From assembly GCA_031409275.1 (NCBI GenBank), contig JANNXA010000055.1, positions 384,001 to 448,000 on the forward strand: 64,000 bases of DNA. Reading direction: 5' to 3'. Source of the DNA: Planctomycetota bacterium. GTDB lineage: Bacteria > Planctomycetota > B15-G4 > SIAN01. Below are positions 59,760-64,000 of this stretch, in pieces. A model generated the notes under the pieces. It saw only the letters and a list, made by a program, of their open reading frames with translations, did no database searches and was not told the DNA's origin. A program made the position numbers and the translations under genes. The first letter of the stretch is position 1; each line of letters opens with the position of its first letter.

Positions 59760-61331
59760 ATGCCGCCGCGTGCCCTGCTCCTCCATGCCCTCCTCTCGTT
59801 CGTCATGGGTGGCTGCGCCGCCGCGGCTGACGCTCCGCGCGCGAGCAACGTCGTCGTCGTGGTCATCGACACGCTGCGCGCCGATCGGCTGGGCTGCTAC
59901 GGCTATGCGCGCCCCACCTCCCCGACGCTCGACGCTCTCGCCGCACGCGGACTCTGCTTCGAGCACGCCTACGCGACCGCCCCCTGGACGCTGCCGTCGA
60001 CCGCATCCCTGCTGACCGGCCTGCAGCCCGAGATGCACCGCGCGGTCCACTTCTTCGCCTCGATCTCGCCGGAAGCGCGCCTCCTCGCCGAAGCGCTGGC
60101 CGGCGAGGGCTACGAGAGCGCCGCGTTCGTCGGCAACTACTTCGTGCAGCCGACGTTCGGCTTCGAGCGCGGGTTCACGCGCTACGACGAAGGGTGCATG
60201 GTCGATCGCGGCGGCATCAACTCCGACAAGATCAGCGACGCCGCCATCGCGTGGCTCGAGCAGCCGCGCGAGAAGCCGTTCCTGCTCTATCTGCACTACT
60301 TCGACCCGCACTACAACTACTGGGAGCATGAGGGCTTCGAGTTCGGCGGCGAGGACACCGCGCGCGTCTTCTCGGGGGCCGACATCTACGCGCTGCGCGA
60401 GCAAGAGCCGCGCTTCGACGCCGCCGATCGCGCGCGCCTCGACGCGCTGTACGACAGCGAAGTCGCCTTCACCGACCATCACGTCGGACGCGTCTTCGCG
60501 AAGCTCGCCGCACTGGGTCACGCCGACGACACCTTCATCGTCGTCACCGCCGACCACGGCGAAGCGCTCGGCGACCATGGCTGGATCGGCCACACGATCC
60601 AGCTCTACGAGGAGAGCATCCGCATCCCCCTGATCGTCGCCGGCCCCGGCCTCGCGCCGGCGCGTCTGAGCGCGCAGCCGGTGCAGGTCGATGACGTGCT
60701 CGTCCCGCTGCTGCGCCTGGCGGCGGGCGAGCCGGCCGGCGAATGGAGCAGCGCGGCCGCGCGCGTCGCGGGCGGCCTGCGTCCCGACGAAGCGCTTTGC
60801 TGCGTCGAGACGGTCGGCATCGACGAGCCCGAGGAGATTGCGGCGCCCAAGAGCGTGACGCGCCATCCATGGAAGCTCTTCATCGACGTCGGCGCGGACG
60901 GCAGCGAGAGCTATCGCCTGTTCAAGCTCGATGAGCCGAAGGGCAAGCGCAAGAAGCGACTCGAGGACCACCCGACGCAGATGCGGGAACTGCTCGACGC
61001 GCGCGCCACCGACCTCGCGGCGCTGAAGAAGGAACGCGAGCGGACGCGCGAGACGCTCACCCACCGGCGCGCGCTGATCCAGGGCCGCCAAAAGGTGATC
61101 GTCGACCTCGTCACTGGAGTCGTCGAGCTCTACGACCTCGCCGCCGACCCGCTCGAGAAGCACGATCTTGCGGCAACAGAACCCGATCGCGCCCAAGCGA
61201 TGAAGGCGCGGCTGCACGAAGTGGTCGCCGCGCTCGCGGCCGCGGCGCTGCAGGAAGGGGCCCCGCTCGACGACGCCCAGGCCGCCGAGCATCGCCGCCG
61301 CATCCAGGCCTCAGGCTACTCCCACCAATGA
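59760..61331 (+). CDS. Sulfatase-fold protein
   Basis: [41 protein letters not shown]. Confidence 0.9.
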   Translation: MPPRALLLHALLSFVMGGCAAAADAPRASNVVVVVIDTLRADRLGCYGYARPTSPTLDALAARGLCFEHAYATAPWTLPSTASLLTGLQPEMHRAVHFFASISPEARLLAEALAGEGYESAAFVGNYFVQPTFGFERGFTRYDEGCMVDRGGINSDKISDAAIAWLEQPREKPFLLYLHYFDPHYNYWEHEGFEFGGEDTARVFSGADIYALREQEPRFDAADRARLDALYDSEVAFTDHHVGRVFAKLAALGHADDTFIVVTADHGEALGDHGWIGHTIQLYEESIRIPLIVAGPGLAPARLSAQPVQVDDVLVPLLRLAAGEPAGEWSSAAARVAGGLRPDEALCCVETVGIDEPEEIAAPKSVTRHPWKLFIDVGADGSESYRLFKLDEPKGKRKKRLEDHPTQMRELLDARATDLAALKKERERTRETLTHRRALIQGRQKVIVDLVTGVVELYDLAADPLEKHDLAATEPDRAQAMKARLHEVVAALAAAALQEGAPLDDAQAAEHRRRIQASGYSHQ

Positions 61332-61380
61332 ACCCTCGCGCGCCGACGTGGCTGGCGCGCCGCCTCCGGAGCTTCTGCCG

Positions 61381-64000
61381 ATGAACGCGCCCGCCGATCG
61401 AGCAACCAGCGCCGCGCCCGACACGATTGCCGCGCCGAAGCGAGGCGGACTCGTCGTCGGCCTGCTGATCGCGGCGGCGGCGATCGCGGTGGTCGTGTGG
61501 CACGCGAAGCTGCTGCAGTTCTTCTGCGATGACGCCTACATCAGCTACCGCTACTCGGAGAACTTCGCGGCCGGCCACGGACTGGTCTGGAACGTCGGCG
61601 AGCGCGTCGAGGGCTACACCAACTTCCTCTGGGTGATCCTGGTCGGACTCGGCATGAAAGCGGGATTCGGCGCGGAGCCCGTGTCGCTGTGGCTTGGACT
61701 CTTCTTCCTCGCCATCGCGTTTGCCGCGACGGCGCGACTCACCTGGAAGCTCACCGGGTCGGCGGCGTTCGCGGCGGTGCCGTTGCTGCTGCTCGCGTGC
61801 CAGGGGCCGATGATCCTCTGGTCGGTGAGCGGACTCGAAGCGGGTTGCTACGCGGCGATGACGCTGCTGGCGGTGCTGGCGTACGAGCGTTGGTTCGCGT
61901 CGGCGCGCGGGCTGCTGTTGGCGGGCGCGCTGTTCGGACTGTCGACGATGGTGCGACCCGATGGCGTCGTCTTCGGCGGCGCGGCGGGGCTGCACCTCGT
62001 CTGCTGCGGATTGCTGGCGCGGCCGCTGCAGATCGGAGCGCTGCTGCGCCGCGCGGTGGCGCTGGCGATCGGCTTCGCGCTCGTCTTCGGCCCCTTCGTC
62101 CTGTGGCGCCACTCCTACTACCAGGACTGGCTGCCCAACACTTTCTACATCAAGGCCGGTGGCGCGCTGAACCTGCGGCTGGGCATCAACTATCTGCTGA
62201 CATGGGCGAGCGAGTACCCGGTCGCGGCCACGCTGACCGTCGCTGGGATCGTGGCCACGCTCGTGCTGCCGCGCTTCCGAACTCACCGGCGCACCTTCGC
62301 CCACCTCGCGCTCGCGCTGACCCTCTTTTGCGGTTACCTCGCATGGGCGGGCGGCGACTACATGGCGCTCTATCGCTTCCTCGTGCCGTTGCTGCCGCTG
62401 GCGATGGTTCCGGCGACCGCCTTGCTGCAAGGATTGTTCGAAGGCGCCGGCCGCTTCGGCGTGCCGGTCGCGGTACGCGCCGCCATCGGGCTCGCCCTCC
62501 TCGCGGGCGGCGGCTACGCATTGACGAAGCCGACGCAGGAGAGCCTGGCCGGCAACGAGAAGTCGCGCGCGATCGCCACCGTCTGGCGCATGAAGCGCAA
62601 CTCGAACCAGTGGGAGCTGCTCGGCAAGGCGCTGCACGCCAAGTTCGCCAACATGGCCGATCCGCCGACCATCGCCATCACCGCCGCCGGCGCCGTCCCG
62701 TTCTTCAGCAAGCTGCCGACGATCGACCAGTCGGGGCTGTGCGATCGCCACACGGCAAAGGTCGACTCTGACCCGTGGCTGCTCGATCGCCCGGGCCACA
62801 TGAAGCAGGCGACGCGCAACTACCTGGCGCAACGCCGCCCCGAGATCATCTTCTGGCACCCGCAGATCTTCGCGGCCGGCAAGCCGGCGCGCGAGTTCCC
62901 GACCCCGCCGACGCCCGACTACGAGCTGCGTGCGATGGAGGTGCCCGGCCTCACCGACACGGCCGGCATCTGCTCCTACTTCTGGGTGCGCAAGGATGCG
63001 GCGCCGAAGCTGCAGGCGCGTGGCATCGTCGCCGTCGCCGAGAGCGCGAAGTGGTCGAAGGCGCCGGTGGCCGCGATCAGCGACGACGCGCCGAAGTCGG
63101 CACGCCAGAAGTCGCGCGAAGAGGAGATCGCCGCCGAGCTCGCCGAACTCGATCTGCCGCCGCCGGCGGCGCCGCCGACGATCGACCCGCCGCTGCCCGC
63201 GCCCTACCGCGGCACGATCTACACCACGCAACGCCTCGGCGCCGCCGATCCCGCCAGCGAAGAGCACCGCTTCTCGATCGCCGACGTCACGCGCCCCCTG
63301 TGGCACGATGACGTGCACGCGCCCTTCGACGTGACGGGCGTCGCCGGGAGCTATGTCGAATTCGAAGTCGCGAGCGTGCCCCCCACGCGCGAGGTCGCGG
63401 ATCCGAGCGACGCGTCGAAGAAACGGCTCGAAGTGACCGGCGCCGGTGGCACACGGCTGCCAAAGAGCGTCGGCGCGTTCCTGCGGATGGGGACACAACG
63501 CGTCGCGCTCCCGACGCAACTCCTCGCTCCCGCCGCGGAGGGCACCATCGCGTGGCGTGGCGTGCGCGCCGACCTTTCGGGCGCACCGACCGGAAGTGCG
63601 GCACTCGAAATCGAGATCGACGGCGCTCCGGCGCGCGTTGCTGGCACCGCACCGAAGTGGTTCGTCAGCGTGCCGCGCATCCATCAACAGGCCGCCGACG
63701 ACGCGCAGCAAAACGTGCTGGTGATCACCGTCGACACGCTGCGCGCCGACTACCTGCGCTGCTACGGTCACGACCGGCCGACGTCGCAGTACCTCGATCA
63801 GCTCGCGCTCGGCGGCGTCGTCTTCGAGCGCAACTTGAGCCAGGCGTCGTGGACGCTCCCGTCCTACAGCTCGGTCTTCAGCGGGCAATACGTCGAAGCG
63901 CACGGCGTCGTCCATCGCGACCACAAGTTCCGCGGCCGTTTCGTCACCTGGATCGAGAAGCTCGCCGCGGCCGGCTACTCGGTCGGCGGGCTCGTCTCCG
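61381..64000 (+). CDS. GT-C/AftB-like multi-TM glycosyltransferase fused to a sulfatase-fold domain (runs off the window; absent from the ORF track)
   Basis: Hand translation from ATG 61381 found no stop to 64000: [57 protein letters not shown], then [13 protein letters not shown] and SQASWTLPS. Confidence 0.85.
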   Translation, partial: MNAPADRATSAAPDTIAAPKRGGLVVGLLIAAAAIAVVVWHAKLLQFFCDDAYISYRYSENFAAGHGLVWNVGERVEGYTNFLWVILVGLGMKAGFGAEPVSLWLGLFFLAIAFAATARLTWKLTGSAAFAAVPLLLLACQGPMILWSVSGLEAGCYAAMTLLAVLAYERWFASARGLLLAGALFGLSTMVRPDGVVFGGAAGLHLVCCGLLARPLQIGALLRRAVALAIGFALVFGPFVLWRHSYYQDWLPNTFYIKAGGALNLRLGINYLLTWASEYPVAATLTVAGIVATLVLPRFRTHRRTFAHLALALTLFCGYLAWAGGDYMALYRFLVPLLPLAMVPATALLQGLFEGAGRFGVPVAVRAAIGLALLAGGGYALTKPTQESLAGNEKSRAIATVWRMKRNSNQWELLGKALHAKFANMADPPTIAITAAGAVPFFSKLPTIDQSGLCDRHTAKVDSDPWLLDRPGHMKQATRNYLAQRRPEIIFWHPQIFAAGKPAREFPTPPTPDYELRAMEVPGLTDTAGICSYFWVRKDAAPKLQARGIVAVAESAKWSKAPVAAISDDAPKSARQKSREEEIAAELAELDLPPPAAPPTIDPPLPAPYRGTIYTTQRLGAADPASEEHRFSIADVTRPLWHDDVHAPFDVTGVAGSYVEFEVASVPPTREVADPSDASKKRLEVTGAGGTRLPKSVGAFLRMGTQRVALPTQLLAPAAEGTIAWRGVRADLSGAPTGSAALEIEIDGAPARVAGTAPKWFVSVPRIHQQAADDAQQNVLVITVDTLRADYLRCYGHDRPTSQYLDQLALGGVVFERNLSQASWTLPSYSSVFSGQYVEAHGVVHRDHKFRGRFVTWIEKLAAAGYSVGGLVS

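Overview
High-GC (roughly 70% by eye) chromosomal window with no rRNA, tRNA, CRISPR or mobile element that I can see. Gene content (MoxR/Bat operon, gluzincin-motif proteins, HEAT repeats, carboxypeptidase-regulatory-like repeats, DUF1573, sulfatase-like proteins) suggests Planctomycetota or a similar lineage; this is inference. Blocks in order: (1) MoxR-DUF58-BatA/B/D/E operon with a membrane-anchored HExxH protein and an FAH hydrolase. (2) A complete Pho locus: pstSCAB, an OprO/P-type porin followed by a Cys-tailed aquaporin, phoU/phoR/phoB, and three promoters sharing an 11-bp-period repeat plus a -10 element. (3) usp, gpmA with a Lys/Pro tail, and a small TRASH-like protein. (4) A low-oxygen respiratory region: a Rieske / b6-type cytochrome b (frameshifted) / membrane-anchored HAO-family octaheme operon with no cytochrome c1, then a non-canonical cbb3 oxidase operon with maturation genes; both have sigma-54-like promoters. 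(5) An NSS transporter and a globin-coupled kinase / hybrid kinase / NtrC-type relay. (6) A lipid and isoprenoid cluster and exported proteins. (7) Three sulfatase-fold genes lacking the FGly motif, one fused to a GT-C-like membrane domain. The best candidate for an undescribed system is the Rieske/cyt b/octaheme-HAO module with the cbb3 operon and the O2-sensing sigma-54 relay; the second is the GT-C/sulfatase-fold fusion cluster.
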